NCBI GenBank assembly: GCA_965153455.1 | Contig: OZ234493.1 | Coordinates: 7,182,213-7,246,212, forward strand | Source: Sphagnum compactum | Lineage: Eukaryota | Direction of reading: 5' to 3' | DNA length: 64,000 bases | Part shown: piece by piece, positions 1 through 12,200 of the stretch | How positions within the stretch are numbered: position 1 is the first letter of the stretch | How the letters are laid out: each line of letters begins with the position of its first letter | Notes under the pieces: generated by a model | What the model saw: only the letters and a program-made list of their open reading frames with translations | The model's database searches: none | What the model was told of the DNA's origin: nothing | Translations under genes and position numbers: made by a program

Positions 1-111
1 TCACTTTAACCCCTTCCACAAAATCACAATCAAAATAGTAGCCAATATTTGTGGTGCTCAAAAAACAGCAGTGGGTCCAAGAATGGTGCCAAAGGTAGAC
101 ATGATACTTAC

Positions 112-2174
112 AAGTGAGGAGTTCCAGAGACAGAGTCATGGTTGTGAACAGAAGGAGGTGGCTTAAGCTGCTGCTCCAACCTCTGATTCACAAGCTGATT
201 GTTTGCCATGTCTCTGAGGGCATCTTGTTTGATGTCTTCAATTGACTTCCCTGCCAAAAACTGCCTCACAAGCAAAGCCTTGCTTACTGTTACATACATA
301 TCAAGCAATCACAGGTTCCAAAAGCTATTTGATATCAATGCTGATATTGTTCTGACCAAGGATGGCGAACATGAAGTCACAAGGAAATATTCCTTCTCAG
401 CATCCACTGTCACTGGATCTAAACATACTCTGAGCAGCTTTATACCTTGCGATATGGCCATCGAGGAATACCATTCTCCTTGCAGATTCGCTTAAGTGTA
501 GAAACACAAACACCTGGCCCAATACATGAACTGTCTTATTAGTCCCTCCTTGTGTTCAATAAGCGCTCAAGTAAGACATGAGGAAAGGTGCAATGCAAAC
601 CATATGGTTGTTGCCTAAAGATGTGGCACCTTAAGCTGGGCATGACAATGGATAAAAATTACTAGAACTAAAGACATGTGCACTGATTCATAACTATATA
701 CGAAAGGGAAACAGAAATTACAACAATCCTTGCTGGATGACTATTTAGCACAATTATCACACTAGCAAAGGACCAAAAACGTCCAGAACTATCAGAGAAT
801 TGTTGGAAGAAATGGAAGTGGGGGAGGAGGAGGTTTTGTCGTCAGGTTTTACACAGCTAAACATTCTTTCACGCAGAAAACCATATCCTACTGAGTAGAA
901 TAGTTCAAAAATATATGTACTTATAATTGTCCAAGAGTCTGCAAACAGACAATTTGAGGTCACAAAAAATGCCCGTTGATCTTATGTTGAGATTACAAAG
1001 TTGGCCACCGAACAAAAGTAGATAGATAGCGGTAAGAAAAAGAGGAAAAGAGGAAAGAAAGAAGGCCAAAAAGAAAATGAATCAGAACAGAAAGCAATAA
1101 CCAGTCGACAATAATCTATCAGACAAAACTGTAAGTCTAGGCTACTTTATGAAACACAACCTGCATATTGTGTTTTTGTCACAAAAACACTGGCAATGGA
1201 AAGATGCAGTTGTGATCACTAGCACCACAAAGTAGGAAAGGAAAGAAAGGAGAACATGAAATGAAAAGAAACTGTTTGAAGAGGGAACAAGAGGAGGTAA
1301 AGTTGAAAAGGGGAATCAGAAGAGAAAACTGCAGTAAAATGTGGACCCTGAATAGCTCAATATGTGGAACTAGAAAACCAAAAGTTTCTTTGAAGACTCT
1401 CGAGGCCACATTTTTGGGTACAAAGCAATTCTCTTTGTTGGCAACCTGAAGGAGGAATCTAAAAGGACTGCCCATTGTCCTCTGTGAGATAGAATAGAAT
1501 AGCATTGCGGCAAATGATTCTTTTGAGACAAAAGGCCTCAAGAACAGCTGTAATTGATGAACACTATTTGAGCAACTAGAATCAAGTATGTCACATCTGA
1601 ATCATGTCAATGCCAGCATCCTCCAGTGCAGAAACAGTTATGTATTGATTCTTAAGCCTACAGCACTTACTTGGGGTTATTACTACATCCAAAGAGCTTG
1701 CAAGAGAAGTTAGTACAAATACCAATAAAGCATGAAACAAAAGGAAACGATACGCCTGCATTAAGAGAGCCTTTATCTGAGACGAATCTGACAAAGTAAT
1801 AATATATGCAGACCAAAAAATTGTCATTCCTTAAAGTACTTACTTATGAGATGTCTGACCTGGGGTTCTGAGACATATAAGATTGCAGAATATATAATGC
1901 TGCTACAACAGACATGTGCAATTTCAAACAAAGCAATCCAACATTAGCAATTGCGAAAGCGAACAGTTTCTATTACTATCAAAGTGGTATTTGGAAAAAA
2001 CACTAAGTTAGGGTTTAGTCTTGCTTTACCAAGTTTTTGGGCGGCATCCGCAATAGGGACGGCGAAGAACTTGGCCACTTCATTGAAGGTGAGAGGACCA
2101 TCCGCCCACGATACAGACTGAGGAGCCATCCCCAGTTTTACCATATTCCGGTTCAGCAAATAATCTGACGGCAT
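112..2174 (-). CDS. RWP-RK domain transcription factor (N-terminal RWP-RK domain), 5' part; gene continues beyond the left edge
   Basis: Exons 2174-2030, 513-446 and 260-112 have GT-AG boundaries and keep frame. They splice to MPSDYLL...LTFNEVAKFFAVPIADAAQKLG|VCVSTLKRICKENGIPRWPYRK|FLAGKSIEDIKQDALRD..., a canonical RWP-RK signature. A donor GTAAGT follows at 111-106. A probable non-coding 5' exon ends near 2819. Confidence 0.9.
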
Positions 2175-2769
2175 CTTGAACCCTAGAACAGGAGGCTTCT
2201 TTCAATTCCGGCCTACACCAAGTCGAAAACACCCTGCACATCATCAGCCACATCCATTCCATCTCCATCATGTATCCTCGTTGGTTATGTAACTCTGCTC
2301 TGCTCTGCTTCATTGGCTTCATAACGTTGAATTATCTATCTCAGCATGTGTGTCGCAAATGAAGATCTTTACAAACAAACCTTCGTAAGACAGAATAATG
2401 CACAACCAAGCTATTAAAAAGCTTCAAACCCGCAAAAACCCTCCACAAACCAAACCTCAAAACCTTAAGACTTTTTTCAGACGTTGGCAAGGTTCTCGTA
2501 GGTATTGCCGGATTCCAGTACAACATCCCTTGTGATGTTCATTGAAAAGATATTAAGAACCACTAAAAGTTCTCTACAGACCAAAAAAAAAAATTCTCGA
2601 AACCCTGAAAAAAAAATGAGCATAAATTAATGCGGCAGATCAAAGAATAGCGTATTAATTTGTCTCAGTAAAAGTATGTAGGAATATGTAGGAATCTCTC
2701 TCTCTCTCCGTGTCCGCAGCCAACAACCTCCCCTGTTTTGTTTTCCAGGTAAAATACTAAAGACATGGG

Positions 2770-2808
<39 letters not shown>

Positions 2809-5379
2809 CCGGGACAACCTGAAGTACAGTGAAGTCCCTGGATTTCGTTGCAACTAGAATAGTGATTTCTGATCACTTTCCGTAGGCTGCTCGTTTGCGT
2901 AGCTTTGGAAGACGAATTGGATGCACAAATGGAGGAGTCTCCAGACACCCCCGTGCAAAGCTCAAGAGGGAACAGTCCCAACAGTTTACGGTGATTCCCA
3001 ACGGCGTAAGTTTACGGTTTCCAAAGCCCCAAAGACACACACGTACGTTGAGCCTCTTTCACAAAAGCACGTTGAAAATGTTTCTTTTCTCTTTTTTCTC
3101 TTTTTTTGTTTGGATCATCCAATTTATTTTTTTGCGAAATTTTTTTTAACCCAAATAGCCAAATTAGTCAACTTTACACTAGAAAAAAAAAATAAATAAA
3201 ATAAAATCCCAAAGCTTTCCCAATTCCTTTATCAAAATTGGTGAAATTTGGTAAAGCCTAAGGATGAAAGCATTATCTAAACAAAGCTACAATCAAATTT
3301 GTTTTATGTTTTATAGTGTTAAGTAGGTTAACATTTAAATAACATCCTCAAAAAAAAATTACCTATGTTAAATAACACTAACATGAAACTTAGTTAACTT
3401 TTTTTTTTTGTTATTCATTCACACTTAAGAGAACCATGGCAAAACATTTTGTTAACTTAACATTGATTTAAAGCCCCATTCATATGGGTTGTTACTTACC
3501 ATTGTGAAAATATTATTATTACAATACTCTCATAAGGTTCATAATATGAATATATGGATACTCATATTACAATATTGATATTATTACCCTATTTTTATAA
3601 TTCATAATTTTATGGGTTGCTACTTACCATTGTAAAATATTAATAATATTTTCATAATTCAATATTTATTTTTATTGAAATTGTGATGTTAAGCTCAACC
3701 AATTAACATCAAATTAACACCATTTAACATTTTGTGCCACCTGAGGTTCCATCTAGGATTTATGTTAGCTAACATTTTTTATTTGAATGCAACAAAAAAT
3801 TTGTCTCTTAACAATAATTAAACATCAATTTAGCATGAAATGTGATTGTAGCATAAGATTTTTTCTCAAGATGTTTAGGTACTAATTATTATTTGTGTTG
3901 AGTTTTACAATTGTATAAGATAAAATATCATACCCTAGAACACTAGGTCTAAGTCCACCAACTCTTGAATGGGTTATGAAAGAGTTGTGTATATATTATA
4001 TTAGGAATTCTTCAAAATGGTGAAGGATGAAAATTGTTCCATTATGTTAGTGGGCCATTGACACTCACTTCATGAAAAATTTGTGTGAAATATTCAATAT
4101 AATGGTGGACCACCTAGATGCAGTGCAAAACCTTGAGGCTACTCGAGTGACTAACAAACTCATTTTTGTTTAACTTAGTATATGCACAAACAAAATCAAC
4201 ATATTCCAAATTCAATTCCTTCTTGCAACAAATCTTTGAATTGAAGTAAGAATCAAACACAATCATTGTTGTTAGCATTATGTTTGGACATTTGGTTAAA
4301 ACTAATGACTTGTTTCCATTACAAATGTTGTTGAATATCATGTTGTATATCAATAGAGCTAAATTGCAAATGGATGCAAAGGATGTTGTTGAAGATGAAT
4401 TCTTATGATGACAATGATGCTTTCAAAAAAAAAACAAAAGGAGTACATGTCCTTGCTTGGTGGACACCTTTGCTTCATTCTTTTTTATTGGGTTGGATGG
4501 TAAGTGTCCCTTAAACATTCATAACTAGTGGTTTATAAAAGATAGTTTGTTATTCACAATCACTGCCACCAAACAGCCATCCCTATTTGTTAATGGTGCT
4601 TCAAGTTCAATAATCACAAGTCAAAGGCAAGATTTCTTTGGTTTCACTTCAAGTACTTTTACTTCAAATCCTTGAAACTTCAAGTTAATAACTATTGAAG
4701 CATGGTTTAGAACAATCTTTCCTTCCAATATAAAAATGGAAGTACACACAGAGTTGTTTATTTACAATTGATGCATGTTGGTTAACATTTGATACAAATG
4801 TCAGTGCACAACAAGGTTTTCAAATCAAATGTTTCAAATAAACAAATTGTAAAACTTACTATCTGCAATGCTAGAATTGTAAATGCTTGCAACAATGTTA
4901 TTCAAGAAAAGGTTTGAAAGATTTTTTCTTTTCTTGTTTTTTCTAATGTAGCAATAGAATCTACAAGTAACAAGTCTTATATAATTTAGGTTTGATTGTT
5001 GAGATACTTGTCTTAGTGTATGGTGTTTAGTGGGTGTTTTAAATTTGTGTGGATTCTTACCAAAATAAATGATGTTATAATAGTTTTTTTAAACATGCCT
5101 ATTTTGCTTCTTTATTTTGAAATTGGACCTAGTTAATAACATTTACAATGTCTTTGGTGTTTTTTCCTAAAAAAACCACCTCAATCAAAAAGACTATGTT
5201 TTAATCATTAAAGCTAATTACAAAAGGGTCAAATAAATAAGTTTAGTCAAAATAACTATTGGTTTAATAAAAAAACCCAACCCACCTACCTATCAACCTA
5301 TACCTTCTCACCTACCCAACTACCCACATGGTTACCTACCTACATTTCAAATCACCTTCTTATAACCCATTTAACCATA

Positions 5380-6612
5380 AGCTTTAATTGTTGGGTTTGA
5401 CTAATTTTAGTCAATCATTTTAGCAAAATTTAACCATTATATTATAATTAAAATTGGCCATTAAATTTAATTAGTTATATTTAACCATTAAATATATATT
5501 TTAGGTTTAGCCATTAGATTCAACTAAGGTTTAACCATAAGGTTTAATTTAATTTTAATCATTATGTTTAGTTTTTATACTTAGTCATTAAGTAATTTTA
5601 GCCACTTATTTTATATTAAATAAAAAATCATTTAATCATTATATATATATATATATATATATATTTAACCATTAAGTTTAGCCATTAAATTTAGCCGTTG
5701 GATTTAATTGCTAAATAGGTTTCACCATTAAGCCATTGGATTTAATCATTAAATATGTTTAACCGTTAAGTTTCACCATTAAATTTAACCATTGAAATTT
5801 GTCATTAAATAGGTTTACCCATTAAATTTAGTCATTTTTTTAGTCATTAAATATGTTTAACCATCAAACTTAATCAGTAAATAGGTTTAGTTAATAAGTT
5901 TAGCCATTGGATTTAGTCATTAAATAGGTTAACCATTAAATTTAACCATTGGATTTAATTGTTAATATGTTTAGTTATTAAGTTTAACCATTGGATTTAG
6001 TCATTAAATAGGTTTAACCATTAAGTTTAACCATTAGATTTAATTGTTAAATAGGTTTAGTCATTAGATTTAGCCATCGGATTTAATTGTTGAATATGTT
6101 CAGCCATTGAATTTAATCATTAAATAGGTTTAGCCATTAAATTTAGCCATTGGTTCTAATCATTAAATAGGTTTAACCATTAAATTTAACCATTGGATTT
6201 AATTATTAAATAGGTTTAACCATAAATTTATCCATTGGATTTAGTCATTAAATATGTTTAGCCATTGAATTTAATCGTTAAATAGGTTTAGCCATTGGAT
6301 TTTATCATTAGATAAAATTAGCCATTAAATTTAGTCATTGTACTTAATCATTTAAATAGCTTTATCCATTGGATTTTGTTGTTAAATAAGTTTAACCATT
6401 AAGTTTAGCCATTGTATTTATTCATTCAATAAGGTTAACCATTAAGTTTAGCCATTGGATTTAGTCGTTAAATAGGTGTAGCCATTAGGTTAGCCATTGA
6501 ATTTAGTCATTAAATAGCTTTAGCCATTGAATATAGCCATTGAATTTAATTATTAAATAAGTTTAGCCATTAAATTTAGTCATTGAATTTAACCATTAGA
6601 TTTAGCCAATGA
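5380..6612. repeat. Degenerate minisatellite of ~13-bp units (TTTAGCCATTGGA / TTTAACCATTAAA) with interspersed ~17-18-bp units (TTTAGTCATTAAATAGG)
   Basis: Dozens of directly visible tandem copies of TTTAR(C/T)CATTRRA over about 1.2 kb, interrupted by a (TA)n run at about 5640-5663. Confidence 0.9.
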
Positions 6613-6670
6613 CTTTTTGGCAATTTTGTAACATATGAAATAAAAAACCTGACATAACTTGACATCTTTT

Positions 6671-6742
6671 GATAGTGTAGTCCATAGGTGAGGACTTGGT
6701 TTGTTATGGTGAAGGTGAGAGGTTCAATTCTTAACACTTGCA
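6671..6742 (+). mobile_element. Degenerate tRNA-like (Pol III A-box/B-box) segment, possible SINE head
   Basis: TAGTCCATAGG resembles an A box and GGTTCAATTC a B box, at tRNA-like spacing. The ends pair partly (GATAGTG/CACTTGC) over about 72 nt. The arms are too degenerate for a functional tRNA. Confidence 0.35.
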
Positions 6743-8939
6743 ACCTATGTGTATATTTAGAGGTTAGGATGATTAGGTAGATTAAATAGGTTAAGTTAGG
6801 CTAGGTTAGGCTAGCCTAGGGTAGACTAGGTCATCACCTACTTACCTACATTACTTATTTATTTATTAACCCATTGACTTATGATTTGACCAATCAAATG
6901 ATGACACATAGGGCATTGAAATGACCTTACAACATGTCACATTTTACCACTAGTCAAAAAATTTAATCCAAAGCACCACCTTAAGGTTGGTAAAAAGCAC
7001 CATCTTAATTGTATGGTCTAAAATTGACCTGTCCTAGAAAACCAAAGTGATTTTTTGACCCCCTATCACTTTGGGGTACTTTTTGGCTTGAAAATTCAAT
7101 TTGAAAAACCTAGAATTCTAGTAGTGATTTGACATTATACCACACATGTTAATGTTTGCCATTGCCTATTAACATTGTTACAAATGTCATCATCACATGT
7201 TGACATCATTGCAAGTCTCAACACTACCATCGCTTACTAACATTCTTGCAAGTCCAAATGTTGCTACAAGTTGAAACAATGCCCATATTGTCTATCAATG
7301 TTCTTACAAGTGTTGACATTCCTCATATTCAACCTTGCTCTCAAGGATTAACATTTCCTGCAAGTTGCCATCTTTTACACAACACATTATCACTGGTGAA
7401 AGCCATCATCACCATTCCAAGGTTTGTGGAAAACAACCAATTGCGTTCAATGCGTTGTTCAACTCTTACTTTTTAGGTAAAAACTTTCATGTTTGATAGG
7501 GGGATAATGGAGTTGGAATCAAATTGTTTTTTGTTTTCTTTCTCCAACCAACATCATTTTGTAATTATAATTGTTTGATATCCCCAAAAAATTGCATGTT
7601 TATTTTAAATTGTTTTGGGTCGTTTTGTATCTCTTGGAAAAAGAATTACAAACAATTGCCACATCTCCATCGCTTCCACATCTCTCATTTGGGATTTTGA
7701 TTTAAAACTTGTGGTTTAGGATTGGATGAGGCTTTGGATATTTGGGTGTTTTTTGGAGTTGGGACTACGTTTGTTTCATCTCTTTATGTTTTTGGAAATT
7801 TTGATATGACTAGTTTTTTGGAGTTAATTTTTGATAAATTTTGCAATCCCATGGGTTTTGATCTTCACTTTGAATTGGCATCGTCTTTGGTAGATCATTA
7901 TTACATTATGTGAGCATTTTTTTAAGGAACTTAAAATTCACCAAATATTTTTAAAAGTTTGGTCAATGAAAAGGGTGTGTGAGGTTTAAAATAAAAACAA
8001 CAATTATATCAATACTTATATCCTTTATGAAAGTTGAGGCAAATTGTATAAATTCAAATATCCAAAAAAAGCTTGAGAAATTTTTCAAATTGCATATGAA
8101 ACAAAAGATGTTACATGAAAATTTCATTTAGGCAACAACCTTTTCATATTGAAGATCACTTAGGATATTGAAGTTGAAGGGTACCGTCAAGACTTTATGT
8201 TATTGCCCTAATAGTTCATTGCCATTGGGATGGTTATTATTGAAGAATAAGTTAAAATTCAAAGGGTGTTTAATGCACTGCTAGATTTTTATGAATCCTT
8301 CATTTATATTATATCTGATTTGTAAAACTTATTTAGTTTTGATTATCTTGTGGGTCAGTTTTTGCATGAAATTTTTTGTAATTAGTTCAAATATAATCCA
8401 AAACTAATGAAGAAACTTTGTTTTGACAATTGTGAGATTCTCAAAGCTACCATAACATGACAAGCATAATAAAAATACTTTTACTTATTGTTGTTGTGTG
8501 CATACCATTATGTTACGAATAGTAGGTTGACAAACAAATGTTTGAAATAAATCATTGTCACAAGCTTAACTAATAAGGAAGCAATCAACTAATGCAATTG
8601 AAGAATATCTAGTATATACTTTAAATTCAAATCAATATATAATTAACAAATTATTTGAAGCAATAACAAGTCAAGAAAAATCATTGAGCCCCAATGATAT
8701 GCAAACTAATTACAACAAGAATATGTAACATATATATTTTAGTTGTTTCATATGAATGATTATATTATTTTGGTTTAACAATTCTTACCAAAATGCTTTG
8801 ATTTGGGGGAAAAAAAACAATGAGATTCTATTAATGCCCATCATCTTTAGGTTTAAATTGTTCTAATAGGTTTATTTACTTTAACAAACATTCACCTTGA
8901 CACCAAATATGTGGTGAATATTATTAGTTGTTAAATGGG

Positions 8940-9235
8940 TGCACCTTGCAAAATGCACATGGAGGATGTAAGACATATATTTAAATATCTAAAAACACAT
9001 GTGCAAAAATTATAATATTTTTTTTGAAAAGGAAATATGAATATTATGAATGAAAATGTTAATATAGATTGGGTTATTGATTGTGAAAAATAAGAGTTCA
9101 CATCATGGTATATGTCCAATAGGCACATTGATTACTTGGTGTTTTTGAAATCAATTCATAGTGACCCTACCTTTTACAAAAAGCAAAACATTAATAATTA
9201 ATTAAAAGGGTACCTAAGGAAGTGACATGGTTTTA
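8940..9235 (+). mobile_element. Degraded Ty1/Copia LTR-retrotransposon RT/RNase H fragment
   Basis: Broken translation APCKMHMEDVRHIFKYLK...DWVIDCEK*EFTSWY...ITWCF*NQFIVTL...KEVTWF parallels the Copia consensus (P...HWEAVKRILRYLK...DWAGD..RRSTSGY...ISW.SKKQ..VAL...KEAIWL), with stops and frameshifts. Confidence 0.6.
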
Positions 9236-12200
9236 AACATTATTATAATTATTAATCAAAGTAGTACAAAACAATTCATTCATAGCTTGTACCGATTATA
9301 TATCAAAATGGAAAAATTTTAAATTACCTATACTTGATCATTTCTCATTACCCTATCAATGACTAAGAACTACCAAATCAACAAGGGAAAAAATTATTTG
9401 TAATAGGTAATAAACATGCTGGAAATCTAAATTAACAACCTTTAGACTAAAAAAACTCCATTAAATAACCAACTTTATCAGTGGGTGGTAACCATTAACA
9501 ACAAATATTACAAGAATGAAGGTTTGTGAAGTTGATTACCCTTGTCCACCACCTTCCAACTACCACAATAGAAAGTAAATGAAAAATGAAAATTTGTGCA
9601 TAAAGGTGGAGGCCATTGAAATCCATTATACTTCAATTTATTATATTTTAAACAAATGCACCAATAGTTAAACAACATTCAAATGGTATAGTAGACAAAT
9701 AATATTCTTTCCAAGGCTTATAACAATCAAGAAAAAGATTGCCCCAATAACCCTATAAAAGGTCTATTACTTGCACCATGGTACACTACACACACATATT
9801 TCTAACACACAACACATGGACATGGAGGTAGGAGGTAATGAAGTGTTAAAGGTTTCCTAATGGTTTTTGGCTATTGTCGTTCCATTATATCATTAAACTA
9901 ATATCAAAAAATACTAAAAAACAACATCCTCTACAACATTTTGTGTTCAACACCAAAAATCCATCATCCCTTTAAGTAAGTTGAAACATGCAACCTTCTA
10001 TTATGATTTCCTTGAAAGTGGTGGCTCACTCACCTATCTCCTACATATATATATTTACATTGTTATGAAGTCAACACAAATCCTATTTTTATTGGCTAAA
10101 TTTTAATCATCAATTCACCTTTTAAAAACTTAACTAAATCATTTTTGAAAACAATGAAAGTACTAACTACTTTCTAAGATGGTGGAAGAAGTGGTTTTTA
10201 ACCACTCCTATCTATTATTGGTAATTCATATTTATTAAACTACCTACAATAAAATTTAACAATTATAATTTTTTCATTTGCACTATAAGTGTGATCTAGT
10301 GATTACCTTTTAATACATGACTACATGAACATAACTAAAAATCCTATTGTTCATACTATGACAAAACACAGTGAAATAATGTACACTAAATAATTTCATT
10401 CATGATAATGTAATTTTAGGTCAAAAAGAATTTTTGTTTATAATTTCAAATGAATAACTTATTGATTTTTTATGAAACTACTTGGGAAATTAAAATTAAA
10501 AAATTTAGAAACAAGATAGGGGTGCGAGCTTAAAGCAAACCAAACTTTTTAAAAGTTTTTATGTCTTTAGCAACCATTTTCTAAAAGGTGAAAGTTTTAG
10601 CCTCTATTTCTTAAATTAACATATAGTAATAGGATTCAATTTTATCATTTGATCAAAATATTAGACCATTACTTGTCTCTCAAACCTATTTAGTCTCTTC
10701 CTTTAAGAACATTATAATGTACTCTAACTCAAATCCTACCTAATAATGAATGATTGTTGTAACTAATTGGTTCAATTAAATGCGAATTTTTTTTTTTGGG
10801 TATTTAAACAAATGAATTGTAAAACGTTCCATTCAAATAACCCTCCAATTACTTTGTGCCACATGATGTCCACTCTATGAAAACAAAAGGGATGTTGGCT
10901 TGTTAAGTTTTCACTAAAAATGGAATTATTTATTATCATTGCATCAAAATGTGGTGGAACAATTATTAAAGGCCCAAGAGAGAAAACAATATGTGGAACA
11001 CATTTGAATTTTGAAAATGATTTCATTTTTTTCAAATTGTATGCCAATATCAAATGATGACATAGAATCCTCATCCTAGTTGTTAATGATAGAGCTTCAA
11101 GTAAAGAAAAATATACAACAATTGTAAGGTGATTCAAAAGATATTTGAATTGGATAAGGTGTAAGGTGGTGCATATCTCCATTCCTTACATTGAAAGGCC
11201 ATTCACACTTGGTGCTACCTGAGTGGGTAATTTAATGTTATGGGGCAAAAAACCATCCACATATATAACATGTAAAACATAATGTATCAACCTTGTTAGC
11301 ATGACTTGGTAACACAAGGTTCTAGGAGCATAATTTGCTAACATAAAATCTTTGTAAATTTGTAGATTTGCAATTTAGAAATATTGTTATGTAAAATCCA
11401 ACAATTTTGTGTTTGTTATTCCTCACCCACTTTTCATCCTTGTGCACCTTATAATGTGTAGACAAAGGTGTAGTGTAATGTTGAAATAATATATATATTT
11501 TAAATGCAAGGAACATACATGTATGTATGAGAAAGGTGTTGAACAAAATTCTAAAACTTAAAAATATATATATATATTACCTATAGTTTTACTAAGTGAG
11601 CAACTATAAAACACACATGATGGTTGTTTGACATCATAATCTTTAGCTATGATGATGCAATGGATTCTCAAGAACATAAACCTTTTTTACATCTTTTTTC
11701 TCTGGGCACTATTTCCCCATAATTTGAATCTCCAATACACTTTTATAAAATAATTATGTTATTCATGTGATTATACTTGAATATCAACCATGAGAATACT
11801 CTACACAAACACAAAACACAAACATTAAAAACATTCATACAATTTTCAAACATTGTTTTAATGTTATATCAATTTTGTCAATGTCCTATAAACCAATTGT
11901 ACTTTAGTGCATAAAAAATGTCTACACCAACACAAAAACTTGAACATGAAAATTGATGTTATAAAAAAAAAAATCATCGCATTTGTGTAGGATTGTCCTT
12001 ATGGTGAAGACATTTCATTGAACAAAAAAAGCAAGGATGAATCAAATCAAACTTTTGATTAGATGTTAACAAAAATATAGTCTAAAAGACCATGACAACT
12101 AAATTGGGAGCATGTAAAAGTTTTTGCACTAATTCAAGCAAATAAACATGAACATATTGTCATTCTTGATCAAATAAACATCATGATCAATTCCAAACAT

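Noticed and set aside
2080..2322. 80-aa Met-rich ORF overlapping the RWP-RK start as a regulatory uORF
   Set aside because: A good acceptor (CCTGTTCTAG, exon starting 2182) lies just upstream of the main ATG, so most of this ORF is probably intronic. It has no recognisable homology.
5380..6612. CRISPR-like array
   Set aside because: Units are degenerate and contiguous with no unique spacers. The context is eukaryotic and there are no cas genes.
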